Shown here piece after piece: positions 1 to 11,287 of a stretch of DNA of 64,000 nucleotides. The stretch comes from Massalongia carnosa. Taxonomy: Eukaryota. Position 1 is the stretch's first letter. Every line of letters starts with the position of its first letter. The stretch is from NCBI GenBank assembly GCA_965645245.1, contig OZ287087.1, forward strand, positions 434,001 to 498,000, read 5' to 3'. Under the pieces are notes generated by a model. That model did not search any database and had not been told where the DNA came from. It was given only the letters and a program-made list of their open reading frames with translations. Both the position numbers and the translations under genes were made by a program.

Positions 1-665
1 GGGAGGCCAATCAATGACCTCTATGCCGTTCTCATTGAACCATTCCATCACCTTTTAGCCTTATATATATGTGCGTTATCCTGCATGAAAATGAGGCCCG
101 GTTGCCAAATTCCAAGCAGATTATCGTTCAATAATTGCAGATATGAGTTCGCCGAGTACCTCATCTTCTTCGCAGCAAAATCACAAGCCAATTTGTAAAG
201 ATCTGACCTGTCATCTCCCCAAAAAATTGCTCAAACCATGACACTGACTCCTTTGCCTTTGGGGACAGGCTGTATCATCTCTTTATTCTATTTTTCTTTC
301 GACAATCTGAACACCCACTAATGCTATTTTCCTAACCCCTTTTCCACCGAGCACTCATCTAAAGTAATTCGGCTAGGGCGAAAGGTAATGCCGGGACCGA
401 GTGGAGGCAGGCCGTGGATAGCCAACGAAGGCCGAAGGAGGATGATGTCGAAATAGTTGGACAAGGAGGGGAGAGAAAGGGCATAAATAGGTGGCCTTTT
501 GGCACTCTTCTCCTCATCATCACCATTGATTCGGAGTTCAGCACCAAAAGGTCTTTTGAAAGTCTTTCCCGAATTAAAAACATCTGTCAATCACCCACCC
601 TCAACCCCATCATTCTAAATCACCTCCATTTCTCATCCTATATTACCTCCCACACTGAGCCCATC

Positions 666-3600
666 ATGCCTTTCCATCGCCCTCAAAGAATCACCAAGCC
701 TTCCGCCCACTCCGGAAACACCTCCGGGCCTGGTCAACGTCTCACTCGTTCCACCCGACCCCCTAGGGGAGGGGCCATAGTTCCAGAAACACAGCCTCCT
801 CCGAACACTCAAGGTTCGGAAGGAACACTTCGGGGCGATGTGATAGACGTCCACCGAACACCGGAACCAACCCCGGACCTGCTGTTGGACCTCAGGGCCT
901 AGCAGGAGGCCACGGCGACAGCCCTCAGGCAGGAGGAGACCCGTCACCTTCAAAAGCAAATCGCTGAGAACTTGGCGGCCATTCAGCGCATAAGGGAAGG
1001 AAACACAGTCCCCGAGGGTAGGCAGGAGGCACACACTCCCCACCCGAACCAGCTACTGCCCGCTGAAACCGAAGGTACGGATCCATGTCTCCTTCCTCTA
1101 ATTATCGAGTATCCTGCCATAAACAGCATTTATTTCCGACAAATTCTGAACAACAAATTCGATCCCATAAATATTTCCAAGCTCTGCACCGATGTAGTCT
1201 TAATCAAACCAACTGTCAAACGAGTGACCTGGCCAAAGGATACGAATTAATACAAGAAGAAGACGATGCGTCACCAGGAGACATCAAGGGACTACCTCAC
1301 CTGATTCGCTGCCTCGGGGTGTATTGGCAGGTCTTGCTTCATTTGGCACCATCCGGAATAAAGGACAGTCTTTGTAGGGTCTTTCAAATCTATCAGGACC
1401 GCTTGCTGTTACATTACACCATCTACACTTGGGAGTCAGTACGAGTGTTTCATATAGTCTTCCACAGGGGTCGGGTGTACCTGGGAGTGAACGACCCGGC
1501 CGGATGGAGGAGAATCGACACCACCGTCGAAAACATGTACCTTACTCGACGGACACCTAACTTGTCCATGACGGGAGGTACCACCAAGCAGCACCCGGGA
1601 TCAATTCCGGTAGGCGGCTCCACTGAACCAAAGCCTATGTCCTGCAATCGATACAACGCAGGGCGGGAATGTAAGGACTGCAGGTACCCTCACGTCTGTA
1701 GTCTCTGTTTCGGCCATCACATAAAAAACAACTGCCCCAAGGCACATATCAGCAACCTAAATTTCATGTCAACAGGTAGACGAGATTGACTAGCCGGCCC
1801 ATTTGATCATATCGCCGAAGGGTTCCCCTATCCGCTGATAGATAAATCAGCAATCGTACCCTCAGGGCCTCTAAGAAAAGAAGGCTGGGAACTTCACCTC
1901 ATGGGTCATCCGGACAAAATTTACAAACAGACCATTCACGATATAATCGTGTACGGGGCCAAAATTGGTTACACCGGCCCAGATCAGTTCATTCTAAGCA
2001 GCAACCTGGCCTCGGCCAACGAGGCCTCAGTCTGACCATGGACGTAGAGGACCAAAGGGCCAAAAACCGATTGATCGAGGTGCCCACCCTAGCAGCCAAA
2101 TAAATATGCTCCCCCTTAGGCCTGGTCCCCAAAGCAAACGGAGGATGGCGCCGTATTCATCACCTCTCCCACCCCGAGGGTAATTCGTTGAACGACTTCA
2201 TTCCCGAGGAATGGGGCGCTCTGGAATATACCACTTTCGACGAAGCCCTCGCCGGCGTCAGAAGAATGGGCAAGGACTGCGTACTGATCAAACGAGATCT
2301 AGCCGATGCCTTTCGCCACGTTCCAGTGGCGCAAAGCGATTGGTGGTTGCTTGGTTTTTGTTGGAACGGGGTTTGCTGGATAGAATGCTTTCTTCCATTC
2401 GGCCTCAGGACGTCTCCCTTCTTGTTTGACTTATTCGCGAAAGGTCTGAACTGGATGATGATTAATAAAACAAATGGCGAAGTTATTCACTACTTGGACG
2501 ATTTTCTTGGAATAGTTCGCGCTATTCCCGATGCGGCATCCTTCGATCGGAACTTTGCCGAAATTTGTTCAGACCTCGGCCTAAAAATCAACGAAAAGAA
2601 AAATAAACAAGGCACGGTAGTCGAGTTCCTGGACATAGAGCTAGACACACACCTGATGCAGGCACTTCGGAAAGCTAAGGATCTCGTCCAAACAACATTG
2701 AATAAATCCACGATAACCAGAAACGAGCTACATAGACACTCTGCTGGGATTTCTGTGCTTTGCAGCCAAAGTGGTGGTACCGGGAAGAACCTTTCTCCGA
2801 TGCCTTTTCAACAGCAAAATCGAGCCCGCGCGCCCATTTATTCATATCAATTCTCACATAAAAGCTGATCTTTTATGGTGGCATCATTTCCTTCCATTAT
2901 GGAACGGCATACATATTATTAGTCCTTCGAGACCCCTGCTCCGTCTCTGGACGGATGCCAGTGGGGACTTCGGAATCGGGGCATACATACTTTAAGGTGG
3001 TCAGACCACACACACATTGCCCGCTGAGCAAGTGGTTTCTGAACGTTATACCACCAGGCTCAGAGCAAAATATATCAATGAGAAGGAGATGACAGCAATT
3101 CTGCACGCCATACGGCGGTGGCTCCCCATGTGCAAGGGAGCTCATCTTCTTCTTTATTGCGACAGCTTTGCTGTAATGTCCGGGGTCAAAAAGACCTCCA
3201 TTCGGGGCAGGGCCATGCATCACCTCCGGAATATTGCCATGATGGCGGCAATATATGACATTGAGATTGAACCTCACTGGCTGTCTACCAAAGAAAATTT
3301 CTTAGCAGATTAGTTGTCCCGAGGACTATTTGGAAAAATCGCTGACAATTACCCCAACCTGCAGAGCATTTCATCGAAAAAATAATGGCGTCACTCGCCT
3401 GCGACCCCCCAGAGACTTGGTATAACGAGGTTCCGCTGGATCGCCGAGCAGCCAGATATTTTTGGTGGAGCATAGCAATTAGGACTCCAGGGCTATACGA
3501 TGCAGCCCGGAAAAGCTACACGACCCACTGTCAATTGGCAACGAATTTCTCTCCCTTTTCAGCTACAATTCGAAGTCTTTCGGCATGGATAGCCGCCCTG

Positions 3601-4474
3601 GGTCAGCGAGGGCTCCGCCCCAAAACCATCAAAAACTATTTAGCTGGAGTATGATCGAGCCAATTGTACATGGGCCTAGGGGACCTGGAGGTCTTTCACC
3701 ATCCAGTCCTAGACAGAATAATAGCGGGAATAAAACGAATGCACGGTGAACCAGAAAGACGAGAACGGCTACCAATCACACGCTACGTTTTGATAAAATT
3801 GCTACGGAAACTAGACACTACTAACGAGGTCCAGGCAACACTTCATGCGGCATACAGCATCGCATTCGCCGCCTTCTTAAGAGGGGAGAATTTACCTACA
3901 AACAGGGAGAAATGCAAGACTCCAGCTTCGATTCATGGCATTTAACTAGGAAATCGGTGGATCTATAGGCGGATCGAATAATTCTTTCCCTACCGTCATC
4001 CAAGACGGATCCTTTTCGAAGGGGTAGAAAATTTATGTCGCAGCAACAAACGACGAAGCATGCTCGATCACCTCCATTCGGAACTTGTTTACCCGATTCC
4101 CGAAACCAGCATCGTCCCCATTGTTCCAGGTTCAGGACAAGGCCTTCACTCGTGAATATTTAGTGCAGGCCCTACGGAGTGGCCTCCGGGCAGTTGGCGT
4201 CCGAGGGAATTACTCGGGTCATTCGTTTCGACGGGGTGCAGCAACAACGGCCAAGAACTCGGGCTTGCTAGAGGAAGATATTCAGACCTTGGGCCGATGG
4301 AAATCAGACTCGTATCAATTGTACATTCAGACACACCCGGACCAATTAATAGCGACCTCCCTTTGTTTTCAACGACCCCCGCCACGTTCCGAACAGCACC
4401 ACCGTAGGTGGGCCATTTCCTGCTTAGGGTTGGGAGTTTTTCCCCTCACTGCTGCCAAAACAAAGCCATTATAG
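666..4474 (+). mobile_element. Degenerate tyrosine-recombinase (DIRS/Ngaro-type) retrotransposon: gag, RT, RNase H, YR
   Basis: Gag-like region ending in a Cys/His knuckle (CNRYNAGRECKDCRYPHVCSLCFGHH, ORF 1085-1789); RT motifs DLADAFRHVPV, LPFGLRTSP, HYLDDF (2188-2868); RNase H WTDASG and INEKEMTA (2771-3313); recombinase SGHSFRRGAAT and GRWKSDSYQLY (4085-4474). Multiple stops and frameshifts. Termini not resolved. Confidence 0.88.
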
Positions 4475-4589
4475 GAGGGGCCCTCAGCAAAACTGAGCGC
4501 CAGCAGGGCAGCAGCGAGGGGAGAGTTGCCCAAACATAGATAGAAATTATATATATGTTCAGCTGACACGATGGAGCCCGCGAATTACC

Positions 4590-5160
4590 CATATAACTCT
4601 TGACCACTGCTCAAAAGTCCACTCACGCCGCAGCAAACACCAATCCAATCGTTTCTTGGCCACCTCAGGCGTCAATAAAGGTCGTTTTTTAGCCACCCAG
4701 TTGATTAAACCATACAGTTTGAGTGCCCGATAAATGGTCGTACGACTGCAGGCGAGCCCCACTTCTAGTTTGATTTGTGCATAAGTGATTCGTGGATTGA
4801 TCCGTGCATGCTTGATGATATAAAGTCGATCGCGTTCTGACAGCACTTCAGGCCGTCCAGAGCGTGATTTAGACACGCTGTCGTTGCGAATTGGGAACTT
4901 CTGAATGGTGCTCTGCACGGTCGATTTAATGAAATTAAGAGTCTTCCCAATCTCGGTCGGTGTGTGCCCCAACGCCTGGGCCCCAAAAATCGTACCACGT
5001 TGATATGGCGTCAACTCAGTGTTACGAGGCCGATTACCACTTATGGGGGTCAAAGAAGCACGAAGCATGGTGAAATGATGTGGTGGAAGATGGGGGGTTG
5101 ATGAGTTGAAAACGCGAAATCACGAAAATCACGGGTTGGGCCGCAGACTTTTGGCACGGG
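4590..5160 (-). mobile_element. 5' fragment of a Tc1/mariner transposon (HTH region only, truncated before DDE)
   Basis: ORF 4559-5068 with SRSGRPEVLSERD, RTTIYRAL, AKKRPLLT and WSRVIW; Tc1-like terminus TA|CCCGTGCCAAAAGT on the minus strand near 5160. Confidence 0.8.
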
Positions 5161-5389
5161 TATATGCTCCCCCAGTCCTCCCTCCGTGTCCTCTCCTTTG
5201 GTCCACATCCAGGCCCTTGTTGACTGGGGTGTGACAGGTGACTAGACGACCGAAAAGGTAGCGTTATGGGCTTGGAGTAGGTGCTCGGATTCAACCGTCA
5301 GGGTGGCCCGGAACGTTATGTTGCCGTCCGAGTCCTGATTCACCCCCAACACGTCGTCAACTCAGCACCTGAATTGCCCCCCCCAATAG

Positions 5390-5632
5390 TGTTAGATGTT
5401 AGATGAGGCCACCATCATATGGCCATCCATCATGAGCCCCGGGAAGTGACTGGCAAAGTGCCTAAACAAGCAGCTATGGGAGCCAAGGTCTGACCGTCAG
5501 GGTGCCTAAACAAGCAGATATGGGGGTACAAGGTCTGACCGTTTAGGTTCCTAGATGTGACTGTTTTGTGACTGCAAAAAATAGCCCACATAGATAATTA
5601 CCTTCAATGACAATCATGCTATTATACCTACA
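5390..5632 (+). repeat. Solo LTR related to the copia LTR at 50366-50583
   Basis: Begins TGTTAGATG and ends ACCTTCAATGACAATCATGCTATTATACCTACA, matching the end of 50366-50583. No TSD found. Confidence 0.6.
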
Positions 5633-6728
5633 AAGTGAATCTATAATTTCATATACAGCACCGTTTGGTCCCTGGTGAGCAGATATTGGCCACTTCAGCG
5701 AGTTTCTAAGAATCATAGAAGGTGTTACTAGTCAGCACCACGTAGAGGTTTCTGCTCGTCGCTGACCACAATGGTTATGAGACTCAAGCAGGAAAAGATC
5801 TAATTTCAATGGAGTTAGTTATTGCTTGACTACGCTCGGCCTATCTCAAAGTCACAAGGGCAGATATAACAGTTATCCCTATTTGATAGCACCTCTTGCG
5901 CAGAGAGGACTGCAACATCCAGAATCTCTACATGTAGTTTATAGTGCCAAGTCAGAATTGGCTTCGGAAGTTTGACGAGGCCGACGTTTTAAGCTGAGAG
6001 CTCAAGTGATTTTCCTCTAGCATTCGTTGCTCTGATCAGTTTCAATCAGGCAAAAGTCTTGACAGTGCAAGTCCAGTATCCTTCAAAACCCTCTTCTTCT
6101 TCCTCCTCTTTCTCCTTCTCTTCTACCTCTCCCCGCATAGCAAAGCCGTTTCCCTATCAGCATCATCATCCACTACCTCAGGAACTTTGTCTACCATTTA
6201 GCATCGAGCATAATCCTCCCCATGACGAGAAAGCAAACGTTATTCAAGTCGCTTCTCACGGCGGAACCAACCAGTATCTTTATTATGTAGGTCGGAAAGC
6301 CGGCGAAGACACACCTCAGCTTCCTTCAGCCCGTTCAGTAGACCTCATTCATCCCAAAGCTCAATGAAAGACTCGAGTGATGAAATGCTCAAGTACATCA
6401 AGACCTCCGTCGGGATTACGACAAGCGAGAAGGCAACTACGTTGATGAACATACAAGGACTCCTATTCGACGAAGACTGTCATTTTACAGTCAGACTTGG
6501 TCAAGTCTTGCGGGGGCTGGTAATGCACATTTTAGGTGTAGCTTCTTAAGGATTAAACTGATGAACGATGATTAACAGTACATCGCAGATCGAACCTTTT
6601 CATAACACTGTCATCACACCGTCGTCACGCCGACAAGGATATTACGATCACATCAGAAATAAGAGTCGAATCAGAAACTCACAATCAAACCCGTGAATTC
6701 AGCGATCATGTTAAGCCATTGAATAACT

Positions 6729-8364
6729 TTATACTAGAATTTCGTTCAGCTTCATAAGTATCTAAAGACATTGTAAGCACGAGCTTTCCGTAAAAGCTGT
6801 ATAATTGATAAACCTTGTCAATGTATTTCACACCCACTAAGACACCATCCTGGTCTTCGAAGCCAAAATCTGCAATGTCTTGATCTAGGCAAGTCAGACA
6901 GTTTATCACAACTTCCTCGTATCGCTCTCCCATCCGCTTAGATAGATCGCGTTTCGCAACAGCGATCAGGCGCTCTTTAATCAGAGCTGGCTGTTTGAGT
7001 TCGGGGCTGTTCGAAGTAATGCCGAGTGCTGCGGCAGGAAGAGGGGCTGTCACACCATCCGCATATGATACGAATGAATCCCACAACCCAAAAGACAGAC
7101 ACCTAGGCTGTAGATGTCATGTTGCATAGTATAGATTTCCTCAGGGTTTAATCCCTGACGATGTGGGTGACGGTAGAGATTCTTCTCCCAAGTAGAGTCA
7201 TCTGACCGCCTTGTTCGACCATCTGCCGTGCGCATCTTCTCGAAACCGACAAGGAAGAACAAGCCAATCTCAGATTCATTAGTTTAACACCCAAGAATAT
7301 TCTCGGGCCGGACGTTCTTGTGCACAAAGCCAAGTGTATGGACATAGCTGATAGACTTGGCCAGTTGTTTTGCAAGCTGGAAACGGTCTGTAAGTGTATG
7401 ATCGAAATATGAGGAGAGATAACTCTGAAGACTTCTAGGCTCATTGCTGAGCTCTCTGGGTATTCGGAATATGAAATCAAAAGAGGATGATCTGCCGCTG
7501 CTGGGTTCTATAACTCGAACTACGCCGCGGCACTGAAGTATGCCGAATGTAAGAGGGTCCACAGAAGAGATTTTTCTTGCAAGCTCCCTTACATCTCTCG
7601 TCATCAAGCCTATGTCGACTTCCGGATCGCATGGGATGCGGTCTAGCACGAACCATTTGTCCGAACCAGCTCTCTGCATACACTTCGCAGATGCGAAAGG
7701 AATCTCGCGCATCCGCGCCGTCTGAAGTCCATCTTTTGGAAGGAAAACGGAGACTTTCTGAAAAGGCCGCTCCCTCAGAGCGTCTCTAAGGCTATGCGTG
7801 CCGGTGAACGAAGATATCGCCAACCCATTTCTGCTCAGCTCCTGGTCAATCAAGGGACTTGAGACCTTCAGGATTAAAAACCAAGATAGATCGAACAACT
7901 TCTGCCATGAGGTCAAATCCTCAATAGATTCATCAAGACATTTTTTAATAAGGACATATTTCAATTTATTTACTTCTGTAACCCAGCCCTTTGTTGCTTG
8001 ATTATCGGATCTCCTTTTAGACAGTTTAACAAGTTTAGAGGTTATGAGGCTTAATTTGTTGATTAGTACCTGGTAAATCCGATCCTGAATTGATTGATGT
8101 TCCTCGTCCAGGCCGTTCCATATCCGCTTGATAAAGTCTAGTTGTAAGTCTGTGCGTTTCCAGTGATTTTCTACGCAGAGTACTCGCTCATTTATCTCGG
8201 CCTCTGCGCCCTTGAAGGTTGCGCTTGTCTCGACAAGAATCTTAACATATCTGGATTGTGTCAGATGGCAGTGCAATAGAGAGAGAATGAAGACGAGCAA
8301 CTCACTTGATACATAGGTCGGCTGTTGCAAAAACAGCAAACGTTATCCCGACTACTTCTGCCAT
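6729..8364 (-). pseudogene. HeLo-like N-terminal domain plus pseudokinase (MLKL-like), copy 1, inactivated
   Basis: ATG at 8364 and intron 8305-8251. Compared with the intact copy at 59525-61179 it has an in-frame TAA at 7284-7286 (CAA in the intact copy), a 7-nt frameshifting deletion near 7090 and a 12-nt deletion near 6861. Confidence 0.85.
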
Positions 8365-8891
8365 GAGTCACGACAGTGTACTTGGATCCTGGACACAAAA
8401 AAGCGGTAAATGATGGGGAAGAGAGACGTCGTTGTATTCCATTAGGCGGAACACTCGATAGAGGCGGTTTCTGCTCTAGCTAGATAGGGTACTTGGGGAT
8501 GTGATGGTGGGGCTGAATCCTAAGGCAGAAGGCATAAGGCTGGATTTCGTTTTCCGTAGCCATCATGAAAACGAGCTTATACTTACCTATATCATAAAGG
8601 GGCACGCTCTGCCATTCAGAATAACCGGACCCTGTCATCTCTGTTGAATCCGGCGCCTCTGACGACGACCCCGTCGCTGATGCGGAGCAGTGCTCAGGCT
8701 TCGGGATGTAGGTCAGGCATAGTTCACATACTACACTATGGTACATGGATGACCGACCATCTTTTGCGCGTTGTGATTGTAAGCTGTGATCGGTGACTGC
8801 CGGTATCCTATGATTTGCGCGTGAGTTCGAGCTGATGATCTACAGACCAAGCGCCTCCTGTCCGCACAAGAGCAGATGTCAGATCGCTACC
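8365..8891. promoter_or_regulatory. Putative bidirectional promoter between the divergent gene pair (527 bp)
   Basis: Short interval between two divergent ATGs, conserved in unit 3 (61180-61734) and partly in unit 2 (29521-29887). No specific motifs identified. Confidence 0.55.
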
Positions 8892-11287
8892 ATGCCACCT
8901 ATTTCAGACCTTGTGCAGGTTTCAAAGCTCGAGACTCAATTCCACTCTGATCCGGAATATACGCAACACGTCCAGTACGTTTCTGGAAGTACGGCAAGAC
9001 AAAGAAAAGTTCGCATGGAGGAAAAATGGATGAGAGAAAGGATGCTAGGAAGCGGCAGTTTCGGGATCGTCTGGTTAGAGCGGTGTATTCATGGGAACAG
9101 TGAAGGGAAAGTACGAGCTGTAAAGAAGGTCCGAAAACTTGAGTCAAGCGATTATTACAGAGAATTGGAAGCTATTGCTCTGTTTTCTCACAGCAATGTA
9201 AGTCTACTGCTGTTATTTTTTCACAACCTACTTTTCCACACCTTACGCTAACGTCAAGCTAGTACGAACGATGCTTTGTTAAGTCCTTCGGCTGGTATGA
9301 TGATAGTGACAGCATATTTATTACTATGGAGTACCTTTCATATGGTGATTTGCATAAGTACCTCGGTTCACCGCTACCAGAGAAGGAAGGACAGCATATC
9401 GTTTTTCAGATCCTCGAAGGCTTACAATTCATGCATGATAAAGGGTTCGCTCACAGAGATTTAAAGCCAGCTGTAAGCCTAGCTACATGCATCAATAAAA
9501 TCAGAAAATTAGCTAATACTCTAATTAATACAGAACATACTAGTTGTGTGCAAAGGCCCAGATTGGTGGGTCAAGATCGCAGACTTTGGAATCAGCAAGC
9601 GGGCAACAGAGGGACTTACAGCATTAAGAACCCGAACAGGTACACCTGCTTTTACGGCACCAGAAGTACTCGGCATTATTCAATCGAACGACGAATCAAA
9701 TGATTCGTATACAAACGCTGTTGATATCTGGTCTCTAAGTGTTATCACATTCTTCATACTCACCGGCGAGATTCTTTTCAAAGACCCGCGCCGTCTAGGT
9801 AAGTATGTTGCGGGCAACTTTAAATTTCCTTTGAATGTCTTGCTTGTAAACAAAGTAAGCAGACAGGGATGCGACTTCTTAAAAAGCTCAATGGCGTCAA
9901 ATTCTGAGGATCGTCCAAGGGCTAATGAATGTTTACAACATTCGTGGTTGGATTTTCTTATAGAAGAGGCGGCTCCCGACACTCCAAGGTATTACTTCTT
10001 ATAGATGGAGACAGAAAATTATTATAATATCTTATAATAATAATATTGTAGTGTTGCTGATATCTTTGCAGAAAAATCAATGTTACAAAGCCAATGTCAA
10101 CACCGCTGGACTGTTCAGATCCTGAGCCCTCTGCTAGTTGGAGCACTCAAGACTCAATTTCGGCCTACGAGACGCATAGCTCTACGGGCGTGCTTACTAA
10201 ACAGACTTTGTCTACTTCCAAGGAAGCAGTCGCACCTTCAAAATCAGAACCAGCGACTCAAATCTATTGGCATATGGCAAGCATCCTCAAGGGTCATTCG
10301 AATTATGTTTGCGCGGTGGCGTTCTCGCCAGACGGGAAGCAGATCGCGTCCGCATCGTGGGACACGACGATCAGGCTCTGGGACTCGGCCACGGGGGCTT
10401 CGCGCAACATCCTCGAGGGTCATTCGGGTGAGGTTTTGGCGGTGGCGTTCTCGCCAGACGGGAAGCAGATCGCGTCCGCATCGTGGGACAGGACGATCAG
10501 GCTCTGGGACTCGGCCACGGGGGCTTCGCGCAACATCCTCGAGGGTCATTCGGGTTATGTTTTCGCGGTGGCGTTCTCGCCAGACGGGAAGCAGATCGCG
10601 TCCGCATCGTGGGACAGGACGATCAGGCTCTGGGACTCGGCCACGGGGGCTTCGCGCAACATCCTCGAGGGTCATTCGGGTTATGTTTTGGCGGTGGCGT
10701 TCTCGCCAGACGGGAAGCAGATCGCGTCCGCATCGTGGGACAGGACGATCAGGCTCTGGGACTCGGCCACGGGGGCTTCGCGCAACATCCTCGAGGGTCA
10801 TTCGGGTGGAATTCTGGCGGTGGCGTTCTCGCCAGACGGGAAGCAGATCGCGTCCGCATCGGCCGACACGACGATCAGGCTCTGGGACTCGGCCACGGGG
10901 GCTTCGCGCAACATCCTCGAGGGTCATTCGGGTGGAATTCGCGCGGTAGCGTTCTCGCCAGACGGGAAGCAGATCGCGTCCGCATCGGCCGACAGGACGA
11001 TCAGGCTCTGGGACTCGGCCACGGGGGCTTCGCGCAACATCCTCGAGGGTCATTCGGGTGAGGTTTTGGCGGTGGCGTTCTCGCCAGACGGGAAGCAGAT
11101 CGCGTCCGCATCGTGGGACAGGACGATCAGGCTCTGGGACTCGGCCACGGGGGCTTCGCGCAACATCCTCGAGGGTCATTCGGGTTATGTTTTCGCGGTG
11201 GCGTTCTCGCCAGACGGGAAGCAGATCGCGTCCGCATCGAACGACACGACGATCAGGCTCTGGGACTCGGCCACAGGGGCGGCGTAA
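8892..11287 (+). CDS. Ser/Thr protein kinase fused to 8 highly conserved WD40 repeats, copy 1 (about 728 aa, intact)
   Basis: Exons 8892-9197, 9263-9472, 9534-9988 and 10072-11287 splice in frame through three GT-AG introns. Kinase motifs [38 protein letters not shown]; Ser/Thr-rich linker; GH...WD repeats of 42 aa. Confidence 0.92.
10292..11284 (+). repeat. Coding tandem repeat, 8 x 126 bp (WD40)
   Basis: Consensus GHSxxV/[37 protein letters not shown]; units nearly identical at DNA level. Confidence 0.97.

Noticed and set aside
3385..4474. Tyrosine recombinase as a Starship captain or Crypton mobilising the gene cluster
   Set aside because: It directly follows gag, RT and RNase H in DIRS/Ngaro order and is short and degenerate.
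8480..8746. Small minus-strand ORF recurring in all three intergenic regions
   Set aside because: Starts and ends differ among copies; recurrence is explained by the duplication.
10292..11284. CRISPR-like or diversity-generating-retroelement reading of the repeats with variable positions
   Set aside because: Repeats are contiguous and coding, with no unique spacers or cas genes. Variation is not adenine-specific, and all nearby RTs belong to ordinary retrotransposons.
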